Shown: piece after piece, positions 31,615 to 41,186 of the stretch
Numbering within the stretch: the first letter of the stretch is position 1
How the letters are laid out: each line of letters begins with the position of its first letter
NCBI GenBank assembly: GCA_965226795.1
Contig: CBDDDZ010000005.1
Span: forward strand, 2,688,001-2,752,000
DNA: 64,000 nucleotides
Source: Candidatus Latescibacterota bacterium
Lineage (GTDB): Bacteria; Latescibacterota; UBA2968; GCA-2709665
Direction of reading: 5' to 3'
Notes under the pieces: generated by a model
Told to the model about the DNA's origin: nothing
Databases searched by the model: none
Seen by the model: only the letters and a program-made list of their open reading frames with translations
Program-made: the position numbers and the translations under genes

Positions 31615-34002
31615 TTAGCGGATCACCACAAACGTGCCGGTCTTGATCTTACCGGCGCCTGCCGAACCTTCCACTCCGTGCACGGCATAGAAATAGATTC
31701 CCGGGCCGACAATCGCCCGGATGGTCGAATAAGGCCGGCCGTTCCATCTGGTCTCACTGTTTCTTATGCCCTTCTGACGCAGCACTTGGATCAGCTGCCC
31801 GGCGGTATTGAAGATATAAATGTACGAGTTGGAAGGCACGTTTACAAACCGGATACTCAGACCGCCGCCGTACTCGTTGGTCCCGTTGGCCATGTAAGGG
31901 TTCGGGACCACCACGATATCGCGTTCCAACGCGTCCGCGGCCGCTACAAACGGCAACTGCGGGGACCCCCGGTTCACCTGCAGGAAGTTCGAAAACGGCC
32001 CCTCCTGCCCATTCTGGAGGAATTTCCGCGCCCTGGGCGGAAGATCCGCAAAGGTCTTGGTGCCGTCGTTATTCACCCAGTCGTCGTGCGGCTGCTGGTA
32101 GGCCCGAACGCTGTAGTAATAGAAAAATCCGGCATTGGAACTCGCGTCGGACCAGCCGTACATTCCCGCCCGGCCGGCCCGCCGCCCCTGGCTGGCCTGA
32201 ATGGCCAAGCTCTCAGCCGAGATGTCGTCGTCTTCCGCGGCGGCCACGGGCCAATCCGCGCCGGCGTCGTACGTGACGCCCGCAGGCAGCGGTCCACCCA
32301 CGGGCAGGTCGGCGACAAGGTTGAACGGCCCCGTCGCCGTCAGAGTCCCCCGAAGCCCGCGATAGATGCGGAACCCTGCGACGTCGGCAGCGTTGTAATC
32401 GGGATGGATGGCGCCCTGGGCTTCGGCCGCCCAGAACAGCTTCACCTTCGCATTCTGGTCGCTCTTCGCGTAGACGTCGATGTCGGGAGGACCATCCGGG
32501 ATATCAAAACCGCTCTGATAGGCGAATATCGCGTGCTCCAGATGCTCTACAATCGCCTGCTCGCCCTGCAGAAAGCTGGCCTTGTCCGCCGTGAGCGACC
32601 ACTGCCAGATGTCCATGGGACTCTTACCCGGCCCGCCGTACTCTGCGCCGGAGCCGGCCACAAACGCCACAACGACCTTGGCCTTGTCGCCAGGTCCGAG
32701 CGCCCAGGGACCGTACACCTGTGCGTTGGTGAAACCGCCGACATCGGTGGGGTTGTCCTGGGCGGACGTTGCGGTCAACTTGGCGAACGCCTCCGCAGGG
32801 GTCTCTCCCTCGAGGACGGGCTCGTCGTAGTCGGCGGTGGTGCGTACGTTCCACCAGCCCTGGTAGACCGGCTGGTCCCCTTCGGGCTGCACGTACTGAC
32901 CCGCGTCGTGCATATTGAATGCGTGCCTCGTGTCGGCCGGGTTGTCAGCGAAGGCGATCGGCGCCAAGCCCACGAAGGAATGCGAAGACAGTTTGCCGTC
33001 GGGGAAGGCCATCTCCTTCAGGTCGGAGGTTTCGATGTCCTTGATCCACGGGTCGCCGGTATCTTCCCAGGCCCTGAACGGGCTGTCGCCGTCGAACTGA
33101 TAGCTCAGCTTGAGCCCCTGCGCCCGAGCCGCGCTGATGGACACCGGGCCGCCGGGACCGCCGTCCACGTAGTTGCCGGCCTCGGTGTAGCGAAAGTGAT
33201 CGTCGAGAGATTGGTCCAACCACCGCCACCATCGGCCGCCGCCCTGGTTGTTGTCCGCCGTCTCGTTGATTTTCCAGGTGGCCACCAGCGGCAGGTACAC
33301 CTCGTTGTGGCGGGTGCTGCCGATATTTTCCAGCGTATATTCCACAATAACGAAATCGTCGAACATCTGGTGAGCCCAGTTGTGAACCTTCCGGGTTACC
33401 GTGATGTCGAACCTGTTGTTCCACTTGTTAATCAGAATCTCTTCGGCAAACGCATCGTCCGGCGTGTATTCTCCGGGCGAGAAGTTATGGATGAGTCTGG
33501 GCGGCGCGCTGGTGTCCATCTCATCCGGCACGTCCGCGCCCGGCCAGTAGTTGCTGGACGGCGAGAACGACCCGGAACGCCCCTGTTCCCACTCCGTTGC
33601 CGCGCCGAGACCCACCTCGGGCCCGCTGGACGGGTCGTACACCAGCGGTGTGATACCGACGCTCTTGCCCCTGGGACCGGTCCATGCCGCATCCACGCCG
33701 CCGGGCCCCACCACCATGATCCAAGTGCCGAAACCAACAGCGTTGCCGCCCCGGCGGGTATAGTTGGAACTGGCGTTGCTACTGGGGATATTGGCCCAGC
33801 CGGGATACCAGAACATATCCGGCTCTCCGGTCTGCCCGCTTCCCAGGTTCCAGCCGCCCATGGTTCCATCCGTGTTCCAGCTGACCTGGACGTGCCCCCG
33901 GCTGGTCGACAGCCTCGGGGTGTCGCTCTGGTCTACGGCCCAGGCGCCCACTGGCAGGAGCAAGCCGCAGACAAGCGCCATAAGCTTGATGCCTGGTTTC
34001 AT
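31615..34002 (-). CDS. Secreted protein with FN3-like domain and T9SS type-A-like C-terminal sorting domain
   Basis: Signal peptide; FN3-like VKLFW..GFRIYRG..YYYSVRAY; C-terminus VVPNPY..IRFVNVP..IYIFNTAGQLI..WNG..GIYFY..KTGTFVVIR. Confidence 0.85.
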   Translation of the reverse strand: MKPGIKLMALVCGLLLPVGAWAVDQSDTPRLSTSRGHVQVSWNTDGTMGGWNLGSGQTGEPDMFWYPGWANIPSSNASSNYTRRGGNAVGFGTWIMVVGPGGVDAAWTGPRGKSVGITPLVYDPSSGPEVGLGAATEWEQGRSGSFSPSSNYWPGADVPDEMDTSAPPRLIHNFSPGEYTPDDAFAEEILINKWNNRFDITVTRKVHNWAHQMFDDFVIVEYTLENIGSTRHNEVYLPLVATWKINETADNNQGGGRWWRWLDQSLDDHFRYTEAGNYVDGGPGGPVSISAARAQGLKLSYQFDGDSPFRAWEDTGDPWIKDIETSDLKEMAFPDGKLSSHSFVGLAPIAFADNPADTRHAFNMHDAGQYVQPEGDQPVYQGWWNVRTTADYDEPVLEGETPAEAFAKLTATSAQDNPTDVGGFTNAQVYGPWALGPGDKAKVVVAFVAGSGAEYGGPGKSPMDIWQWSLTADKASFLQGEQAIVEHLEHAIFAYQSGFDIPDGPPDIDVYAKSDQNAKVKLFWAAEAQGAIHPDYNAADVAGFRIYRGLRGTLTATGPFNLVADLPVGGPLPAGVTYDAGADWPVAAAEDDDISAESLAIQASQGRRAGRAGMYGWSDASSNAGFFYYYSVRAYQQPHDDWVNNDGTKTFADLPPRARKFLQNGQEGPFSNFLQVNRGSPQLPFVAAADALERDIVVVPNPYMANGTNEYGGGLSIRFVNVPSNSYIYIFNTAGQLIQVLRQKGIRNSETRWNGRPYSTIRAIVGPGIYFYAVHGVEGSAGAGKIKTGTFVVIR

Positions 34003-34026
34003 ACTTGCTTCTCCCTATTCTCTAAA

Positions 34027-34053
34027 GGGGGGCGGGAAAAAACGCCCGCCCCC
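34027..34053 (-). terminator. Intercistronic GC hairpin (partial terminator or mRNA stabiliser)
   Basis: GGGGGCGGG/CCCGCCCCC 9-bp stem with only a short T3 tail, between the TBDT and cargo genes. Confidence 0.55.
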
Positions 34054-34068
34054 GAATGGTTGCCATAC

Positions 34069-37000
34069 TCAAAAGTTGATTTTCAGACCCACGCCCAACT
34101 CGCGTGGCTTTCCGTAGTACCGGGTCAACTCGTTGTAGTCGCCGTACGTCAGGTAGTCCCCGTCGTTTGGCCTGGGGACGTTCAGACCCCACCGCACATA
34201 GTCAGGATACGAGCCGCCCACCGGGCTGTCCTGCTGGTTGAACAGGTTGAACACCTCGACGTAGAAAATCGCGTTCCGGTGCCCGCCTTCCACGAGCGTT
34301 TTCTCAACCTGCAGGTCGGTCCAGGTCCGGATAGGCCTGTGGCGCAACTCCGGCTGCTTGCCAGGCGGAGTGTACCACTGGGGCCTGCCGCTCTGGATAC
34401 GCCAGACCATATTCGCGCGCAGGCCGCCAACCGCGTGGAACTGGCGCAGCCCGGGACCGAAGTCCAAGGGCGTGTCCAGGTACAGCGAGAGGCTGGACTG
34501 GATACGAAGGTCGGAACTCTTCGGATTGAACAGCCGACCGCCTCCGTACGTGGGCTGCCATACGCCGTTCATATTGGCCGGCGCGTCGTAGGCCTTCTGG
34601 ATATCCATGAACTCAAAGACAACGGCCTGGTAGCTGTTGATCATGGCGTTGGAGCGGCCCCGCCAGTTCCTGGCCGCCCTTCCGGCGAATTCCAACCGCT
34701 CTTCCAGCGTGTAATCCTTGCGCACGTATTGCGAGCCGTTCCACTCCCAGTCGTGATACTGATCCGAGTTCATCACGTACGAGGAATCGGGGTAGAACAT
34801 CGTAGCGTTGGAACCCACGCGCGCGGAGGATGCCCAACCGAAGTTGATCGCCGCGTTGAACGAGAAGTAGTGGCTGAAGCCCTTACGCACGTGCAGCTCA
34901 AAGCCTCTCATGTCCTGGAAACCGCTGGGCTTGCGGCCCCAGACCCACGTTGTCCGCTGCGGCTCGTACCAGTACCGGCTTCCGGAGTTGATCTTGCCCA
35001 GGGCGCTCTTGTAGTAGGCCGCCATACCCGCCGTATAGTCAGCCACGAAGTTCCAGTCCGCGCCCGCTTCATAAGCCCGGGTACGGGTGAGGGAAACGTA
35101 GGGGTTCGCCATCCGGACCTGCCCGTGCAGACCCCGGAACGCATCCCAGGCCACGTTGGCGTCGGGGCCGTTGGCCCGCCACTGTTCGCGGAAGAACTCA
35201 AACAGGTCGGGCACTTTCGCATACAGACCCGCCGTAAAGTGGAAGGCGGACCGGTGCGTGATAGGATGGGAGATCCCGAAGCGCGGGCTGAACTGTGTTG
35301 CCCACTGCGGGTCGACCGTGGGCATATCCACGTGCTTGATCAGCCAGCGGTACTGCGGCGTCTGAAGCTGCGAAACATTGTAAAACTCGTGGTTCGTGTA
35401 AAGCGCGTCGAACCGGATGCCGGCGTTCATCACCATCCCCTCGAACTCCATCTTGTCCTGCAGATAGAATCCGATCTGGATCGGACTGATGGGGGCTTTC
35501 ACGTCGGGCAGATTGCCCGAGTTGGTAATGAAGTCCACGATCCGCTGGCTGGGGTTGGGTGCATTATAGTTCAGATAATAGATGCTGAACCGGGTCAGAT
35601 CCATACCCGCCTTGACGAAGTGGCCCTTGTTGACCTGTGAAGACACGTCCAGCTTGAGGTTCAGCCGGCTCCTGTCAGCAATGGTATAGTTCGCGACATA
35701 GTTGGGCTTCACGTTGAACCAACCGTCGAGGTCCTTTTCGCCGAATACCGTTAACGGGAACCCGAACTGATCTTTCGGCCAGTTGGTATGTTGCGTATCT
35801 TCGGCAGTGGTGTAGAGCGACACCCTGGCTTCGTAGAACGTCTTCGGGGATACCGTATGGGTCAGCGACGCATAGGTGACCAGGTCGGTAATTCTGCGCC
35901 CGCCCGCGCCGGACCCCTCGGGCAGGAAGATATTCTGACCGTTGGAACGCCTGTCGCGCTGGGTGTTCGTTCCAATATTGTAAATTTCCGCCACTGAGTA
36001 GATGTGCCCGATACTCACCTTCGCGTCGGCGCTCGGGCGGAACGTCAGCTTTGCATTTCCGCGGAAATCGAGCGGAGTACTCAGCGTGGGAAACCCGCCA
36101 GACATCACACTGTTGAGGCTGGTGGCGCCAAGGCTCGGGTCGAATGTGGCGGTGCGAGCGGAGGTGTTCATCACGTCGGTGGGCTGCCGGGTCCATCGGG
36201 CGCTGGCGAAGAAACTGGCCTGATCGCCCAGCGGGCCCGAAATGCCGCCCTCGATATAGGAACCCTTCACGTCGGTATAGTCCACGGTGTTGTGCGCCAG
36301 GCCCACCTCGTCGTCGGGTGTTCCCGGAACGCCATCCGCTCCGTCGCTCAGGCTCACCGTTTCCGCGCGCCACTCCCTGTTGTCCCATTTGAGCCTGTCA
36401 CGGTGATACGCGCTTTCGTAGAGATTGGCGCCCCAATGCTTCTGGCCCGGGGGCGTATAGCGGAAATCGCCCCAGCTACGAAAGTCGCGTCCGCCGTCTT
36501 TCGTAACGATCGAAATGGCGCCAGATTCCAGATTGCCGTATTCCGCGCTCGCGCCGCCCGAAATCACCGTGATTTCCTGCACCGCGGTCTTGGAGGGGCC
36601 GGTGAACTGCCGGCCGTACCCGTCGTTGTTCGGCAACGCCACGCCGTCCACCATCAGGATACCGTCCCTGGAGTCACCGCCGCGGATGACCGTGGCATTG
36701 GTCAGGTTCACGCCCGGATTCAGCGCGACCAGGTCCGTGATGGACCGTGCCATCGGCAGCGACTCAAGCTGCTCCGCGCTCATCACGTAATGACTGGTGG
36801 TCTTGTCGGGCTCGACCGGCGGACGCTCCGCGATAACCACGAGTTCCTCGGCTTCGAGCGCCGTCTCCCTCAACTGGAAATCGACGGTTGAGGTAAAGTC
36901 GGCCTGTATCCGAACGTCCGTCTGCGAAACCGCGTTGTAGCCCACCATCGACGCTACCAGGTTAATTTTTCCCGGGTCGACCGACAGGATCAGAAAGTAT

Positions 37001-37194
37001 CCGTCTGTGTCGGTCTGGGCGCCCTTGCGCGTACCCTCAATAACGATATTCACGCCCGGCAGCGGTTCGCCGGACGCGGCATCCATGACGCGGCCGGTCA
37101 GTTTACCGGTTGTACCCGCAAACGCGCCGGCGGTGAAACCCACCAGCACAAAGAGCGCGACCGGCAGAACCGTAAACGTTTTCCATCGACTCAT
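34069..37194 (-). CDS. TonB-dependent receptor with N-terminal carboxypeptidase-regulatory-like domain
   Basis: GKLTGRVMDAASGEPLPGVNI; plug IRGG..MVDGV..EITVISGGASAEYGN..IVTK; C-terminal PRELGVGLKINF. Confidence 0.95.
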   Translation of the reverse strand: MSRWKTFTVLPVALFVLVGFTAGAFAGTTGKLTGRVMDAASGEPLPGVNIVIEGTRKGAQTDTDGYFLILSVDPGKINLVASMVGYNAVSQTDVRIQADFTSTVDFQLRETALEAEELVVIAERPPVEPDKTTSHYVMSAEQLESLPMARSITDLVALNPGVNLTNATVIRGGDSRDGILMVDGVALPNNDGYGRQFTGPSKTAVQEITVISGGASAEYGNLESGAISIVTKDGGRDFRSWGDFRYTPPGQKHWGANLYESAYHRDRLKWDNREWRAETVSLSDGADGVPGTPDDEVGLAHNTVDYTDVKGSYIEGGISGPLGDQASFFASARWTRQPTDVMNTSARTATFDPSLGATSLNSVMSGGFPTLSTPLDFRGNAKLTFRPSADAKVSIGHIYSVAEIYNIGTNTQRDRRSNGQNIFLPEGSGAGGRRITDLVTYASLTHTVSPKTFYEARVSLYTTAEDTQHTNWPKDQFGFPLTVFGEKDLDGWFNVKPNYVANYTIADRSRLNLKLDVSSQVNKGHFVKAGMDLTRFSIYYLNYNAPNPSQRIVDFITNSGNLPDVKAPISPIQIGFYLQDKMEFEGMVMNAGIRFDALYTNHEFYNVSQLQTPQYRWLIKHVDMPTVDPQWATQFSPRFGISHPITHRSAFHFTAGLYAKVPDLFEFFREQWRANGPDANVAWDAFRGLHGQVRMANPYVSLTRTRAYEAGADWNFVADYTAGMAAYYKSALGKINSGSRYWYEPQRTTWVWGRKPSGFQDMRGFELHVRKGFSHYFSFNAAINFGWASSARVGSNATMFYPDSSYVMNSDQYHDWEWNGSQYVRKDYTLEERLEFAGRAARNWRGRSNAMINSYQAVVFEFMDIQKAYDAPANMNGVWQPTYGGGRLFNPKSSDLRIQSSLSLYLDTPLDFGPGLRQFHAVGGLRANMVWRIQSGRPQWYTPPGKQPELRHRPIRTWTDLQVEKTLVEGGHRNAIFYVEVFNLFNQQDSPVGGSYPDYVRWGLNVPRPNDGDYLTYGDYNELTRYYGKPRELGVGLKINF

Positions 37195-37224
37195 CTGAAA
37201 ACCTCCTTCGAGAAAATTCCGCGG

Positions 37225-37923
37225 CTATTTCCCGCTGAAGTAAAATTTAATACCGGCTCCGATGTCCAGCATTTGCAGCGGGAACGTCTCGGAAAGCTCC
37301 CAGTCTTCCAGGCCCCGAAGGTCTCCGATCATCATATGATAACGCGCCCGAAGGTCCACGGCCACGTTATCGATTATGAACGCCTCAACACCCAGACCGG
37401 CGTTAATCCCGAGGGCATACCGCTCGTCGGAGAACGGCTCCAGCTCGAGGACCAGACCCTCCGTCTGCCCCGGCCAGAGCAAGCCGCTTACTTCGTTCTT
37501 GTAGCGGTAGAAACCGCCACCCACCGTGATGTACGGGGCGAAACTGCTGCTTGCGAACGGCTTCCCGACCTGGCGAAGACGAACGAGCCCGTTCACCAGG
37601 AGACTGTTCAGGCTCATCGTGCTGCTCACATTCGGGCTGGTATGTTCCTTGCCGTCGGTCCAGGTGAACGTGCGGGTCAGCAGGCTCCCGTCGTTGAAAT
37701 TACCATGGTGAAACTCCATTTCCACCGTAACGTTCGACGCCGGCACGTAGGCCGCGTTCAACCCGAACTTGGAATCGTTTTCGTACCAGTCGCCCAGACC
37801 GAAAACCGGCACGTTGTAATTCGCAAACACGCCGACGCCCCAACTCCCTTCCTGGGCAACGGCAGGCCAGGTTGAAACCGTTAACACAAGAATCAACAGG
37901 CCAACAACCCTGAACACCTTCAT
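37225..37923 (-). CDS. Small outer membrane beta-barrel protein (OmpA/OmpW-like)
   Basis: Signal peptide, amphipathic strands, PYITVGGG, GAGIKFYF end; ATG 37923 with AGGAGG RBS. Confidence 0.85.
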   Translation of the reverse strand: MKVFRVVGLLILVLTVSTWPAVAQEGSWGVGVFANYNVPVFGLGDWYENDSKFGLNAAYVPASNVTVEMEFHHGNFNDGSLLTRTFTWTDGKEHTSPNVSSTMSLNSLLVNGLVRLRQVGKPFASSSFAPYITVGGGFYRYKNEVSGLLWPGQTEGLVLELEPFSDERYALGINAGLGVEAFIIDNVAVDLRARYHMMIGDLRGLEDWELSETFPLQMLDIGAGIKFYFSGK

Positions 37924-38037
37924 AAACACCTCCTTACATTGGACGATGACTTGACCCCGCCTCCCTGCACATCCTTAATGGTCTGCCCCAAAAAAAACTC
38001 TCGCAGCTTGCTCGATTTCCCACCCCCTTTCAACCAC

Positions 38038-38076
38038 AAAAAAGGGCGCACCTGCCAGCAAACCGGCAACGCCCCC
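38038..38076 (-). terminator. Terminator-like hairpin plus U6 inside the presumptive leader of the TBDT operon
   Basis: Minus strand reads GGGCG-T-TGCCGG-TTTG-CTGGCA-GGTG-CGCCC-TTTTTT. Confidence 0.6.
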
Positions 38077-38202
38077 AAAAGGAACTTCTGTTTCAAGCGT
38101 ACGGAATTTATGATAACCGACTACGCGGTAGCAATTTAGCATACACCAACCATTTGAGCTTAGATATTGAATTCGCGAGCAATACAGCAGGTTAATCGAG
38201 AG

Positions 38203-38231
38203 AAGATATAGAACATTATCTCAATTGTCAA
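38203..38231 (-). promoter_or_regulatory. Putative sigma70 promoter TTGACA-17-TATCTT
   Basis: Perfect -35 with a 17-nt spacer in an AT-rich gap, oriented toward the OM barrel-TBDT operon. Confidence 0.7.
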
Positions 38232-38328
38232 CCCTTTTTATCCAGCAATCTTCGTCGGCCAAGGATTCAAGCGGAACGCGCACAACGCTCCCCGCCCGTC
38301 CCCCTCAAGTTGCCGCCCGATTCTGGAG

Positions 38329-39231
38329 TCAACCGGATTGAGCGGATGTCTGACCCGGGCCGGCCGCCAGAACCTCCAGCACCGTTTCGCCGATGTCGGC
38401 CGGGCTTTTGCAGACCCGGATTCCCGCGCCTTCGAGGGCGGCGACCTTTTCTTCCGCCGTGCCCTGCCCGCCGGAAATGATGGCTCCGGCGTGACCCATG
38501 CGCCTGCCGGGAGGCGCCGTCTGGCCCGCGATAAACCCGACGACGGGCTTGTGGAAGGCATTCTTCACATATTCCGCCGCCTGTTCTTCCGCGGCGCCCC
38601 CGATTTCCCCGATCATGACAACGCATTCGGTGTCCGGATCCTGCTCGAATGCTCCGAGACAGTCGATAAAGCTGGTTCCGATAATGGGGTCTCCCCCGAT
38701 ACCCACGCACGTGGACTGGCCGAGGCCCAGGGCAGTCAGTTGCGCAACGGCCTCGTAGGTCAATGTTCCGCTCCGGGAAATGACGCCGACGTTCCCGCTT
38801 CGGTGAATCTCGGCAGGCATGATGCCGATTTTACATTTGCCGGGAGCGATGATTCCCGGACAGTTGGGACCGATGAGCCGGGTGGAACGCGAACTCAGGT
38901 AGTGTGTTACCTGTACCATGTCCTGGACCGGGATTCCCTCGCTGATGCAAACAACCAGGCCCAGGCCCGCATCTGCCGCTTCAATAATCGCGTCCGCCGA
39001 AAACGCCGCCGGAACAAACACGATCGAAGCGTCGGCGCCTGTGGCGTCGAGCGCGTCCGACACGGTATTGAAGACCGGTACCCCCTCGACGAGATGGCCG
39101 GCCTTGCCCGGCGTGACGCCGGCTACGATTCGGGTGCCGTAATCCAGCATCTGACGCGTGTGAAACGAGCCCTCGTTTCCGGTAATCGCCTGCACCACCA
39201 CGCGGGTTTCGCTATCGACAAAAATGCTCAT
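38329..39231 (-). CDS. sucD: Succinate--CoA ligase alpha subunit
   Basis: [40 protein letters not shown] (phospho-His). Confidence 0.98.
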   Translation of the reverse strand: MSIFVDSETRVVVQAITGNEGSFHTRQMLDYGTRIVAGVTPGKAGHLVEGVPVFNTVSDALDATGADASIVFVPAAFSADAIIEAADAGLGLVVCISEGIPVQDMVQVTHYLSSRSTRLIGPNCPGIIAPGKCKIGIMPAEIHRSGNVGVISRSGTLTYEAVAQLTALGLGQSTCVGIGGDPIIGTSFIDCLGAFEQDPDTECVVMIGEIGGAAEEQAAEYVKNAFHKPVVGFIAGQTAPPGRRMGHAGAIISGGQGTAEEKVAALEGAGIRVCKSPADIGETVLEVLAAGPGQTSAQSG

Positions 39232-39288
39232 TGAGTATCCCTTCTATTTACATCTCGCGTCCTGCTTCTTAATGCTTCTTTTGATTTG

Positions 39289-39383
39289 GTGAGACGGTAG
39301 ACGTAAGAGGTTAGAGGGCCGCACACGACCCCAACGGTCTCTCGCGCTTTGCCTTTTCTAACTTCTGACGTCTCGCGTCTTGC
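39289..39383. repeat. Imperfect palindrome with 7-nt periodic arms
   Basis: GAGACGG-TAGACGT-AAGAGGT-TAGAGGG pairs with TTTCTAA-CTTCTGA-CGTCTCG-CGTCTTG. Confidence 0.7.
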
Positions 39384-39396
39384 CTTCTTCCGGCGG

Positions 39397-40083
39397 CTAC
39401 AGCGGGCCAGGCCTGGTGCGTTCTTCGAGGGTACCGTCGGCTTTGCCGATGACGACGTGGTGGGCAAGGCCGGTAAAGAGTCCGGATTCAACGACGCCGC
39501 AAATCGCCGCAATACGCCGCTCAAGGTCGGCGGGGTCCTCGATGGCGCCGAAGGCGCAGTCCAGAATGTGGTTGCCATTGTCCGTAACGAAAGTCCGGCG
39601 TTCGAGGACACGGAGACTGGCGCGGCACCCCAGGGCTTCTATTTGCAACCGCACAAACTGCCAGCCGAAGGGCACCACTTCCACCGGCAGCGGGAATCCG
39701 CCGAGTCGATCCTTGAGTTTGGATTCGTCGGCAACGATAATCTCCCGGAGGCTGGCCGTGGCCACAAGTTTTTCACGAAGCAACGCCCCGCCACCGCCCT
39801 TTATGAGGTTGAAGGCGGGATCGATTTCGTCCGCGCCGTCGATAGCCAGGTCGATCCGGGTGGTATCGGCGAAATCGATAAGGGGAATACCTTCGCGTTC
39901 CGCCTGAATCCGGGACTGTTCGGACGTGGGAATACCACGTATCCGAAGGCCCACCCGAACACGCTCCCCCAGCTTTCGAATGGCAAAGAACGCGGTCGAT
40001 CCGGTCCCCAGACCAACGATCATCCCGTCTTCCACCAATTCGGCAGCGCGTTCACCTGCGAGCTTTTTAGGGTTGGCAACCAC
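39397..40083 (-). CDS. rpiA: Ribose-5-phosphate isomerase A
   Basis: VGLGTGST, AIDGADEID, IKGGGGALLREK, TDNGN. Start probably GTG 40083 (GAGGGG RBS); 40116 is an alternative. Confidence 0.97.
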   Translation of the reverse strand: MVANPKKLAGERAAELVEDGMIVGLGTGSTAFFAIRKLGERVRVGLRIRGIPTSEQSRIQAEREGIPLIDFADTTRIDLAIDGADEIDPAFNLIKGGGGALLREKLVATASLREIIVADESKLKDRLGGFPLPVEVVPFGWQFVRLQIEALGCRASLRVLERRTFVTDNGNHILDCAFGAIEDPADLERRIAAICGVVESGLFTGLAHHVVIGKADGTLEERTRPGPL

Positions 40084-40250
40084 TGGTTTATATCCCCTCG
40101 TTACACGATCTTCCATTCTCTTCCGGCAGTTTTCCGGCTCTGATCCGAATCGCCCGAAATTTATGGATTGGCGTCCCGGAATGCAACGACAAATGAGAAT
40201 GACATCACTCCCGCTACGGCGGGCGTCCTTGGCCTGAGGGCCGAAATCAA

Positions 40251-40290
40251 TTGACATTTTCGTTTGTATATATAATTATATTGATATGGT
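40251..40290. promoter_or_regulatory. AT-rich divergent regulatory region with palindrome ATATAATTATAT
   Basis: TTGACA at 40251 and a perfect 12-bp palindrome at 40270-40281, between divergent rpiA and the HTH-MBL gene. Confidence 0.5.
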
Positions 40291-40340
40291 CTTGAAAGCG
40301 ATCATGCACATTACGGATGACATGCGAAGGGGGAGGACAC

Positions 40341-41186
40341 GTGGCGTACACGACGCTTGAGGATTTTTTCGGAGATATTATTGGAAAGGCCAGGCGCGGG
40401 CGGGGCCTTTCGGAAAGCGCGCTTTCGGACGCGGCGGGTCTGACTGCCGAGGCTGTCGGACGGATTGAAGCCTACGAACTCACGCCTGATGACGGCCGGA
40501 TTCGGGCCCTCGCCGACGCCCTGGACCTGGATGGGGATTTGCTGGTGGGGATTGCGAAGGGATGGGTGCCGGAGGGGGGGAACGCGCCTCACAACGACGA
40601 ACGACTGTCTGTTGAGCGAGCGATTCTGGACGTGGGTATGGTAGTGAACGCCTATGCGTTAAAGTGCAAGGCTTCAGGTGAAGGCGCGATTGTGGATGCG
40701 GGCGGCCAGGCGAAGCGGATTCTTGCGCTGGCGGAGCGAATGAGTCTGAAGGTGACCCACGTGCTGCTTACTCACGGGCACGGCGACCACGTGGGCGGGT
40801 TGGCCGAAATTGCGGAGGCAACCGGCGCCAGGGTGTGTTGTTGCGATCGTGACTTCGGGCTTCTTGGAAGTTTGAAGGGACTCGTGACCGACTTGGTGGA
40901 AGACGGCTGGCGTACGAACGTCGGGCGCATCGCCATCGATGCGGTGAGCCTACCGGGGCACACGGCGGGCGGAATCGGTTACGGCGGAGACGGGGTGTTC
41001 TTTTCGGGCGACGCACTTTTCGCTGGATCCATGGGCGGCGCGCTGGGTTCAGCTTATGCCGGTCAGATCACGGCGGTGATGAAAAAGGTCCTGTCCCGAG
41101 ATGAGAAAACCCGCGTTTTTCCGGGACACGGACCCATCACGTCGGTAGCCGAGGAACTGGCGCACAACCCGTTTTTTGCACGCTGA
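40341..41186 (+). CDS. MBL-fold metallo-hydrolase (glyoxalase II-like) with N-terminal XRE-type HTH
   Basis: IIGKARRGRGLSESALSDAAGLTAEAVGRIE...LADALDL followed by THGHGDH, GHT, GDALF, PGHG; GTG 40341 with GGAGG RBS. Confidence 0.88.
   Translation: MAYTTLEDFFGDIIGKARRGRGLSESALSDAAGLTAEAVGRIEAYELTPDDGRIRALADALDLDGDLLVGIAKGWVPEGGNAPHNDERLSVERAILDVGMVVNAYALKCKASGEGAIVDAGGQAKRILALAERMSLKVTHVLLTHGHGDHVGGLAEIAEATGARVCCCDRDFGLLGSLKGLVTDLVEDGWRTNVGRIAIDAVSLPGHTAGGIGYGGDGVFFSGDALFAGSMGGALGSAYAGQITAVMKKVLSRDEKTRVFPGHGPITSVAEELAHNPFFAR

Noticed and set aside
31678..35640. 1320-aa plus-strand ORF
   Set aside because: Antisense shadow of the TBDT and cargo genes, caused by strong codon bias; no motifs or RBS.
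38239..38247. TTATCCAGC as a DnaA box
   Set aside because: Two mismatches to TTATCCACA and isolated; not enough to call oriC.
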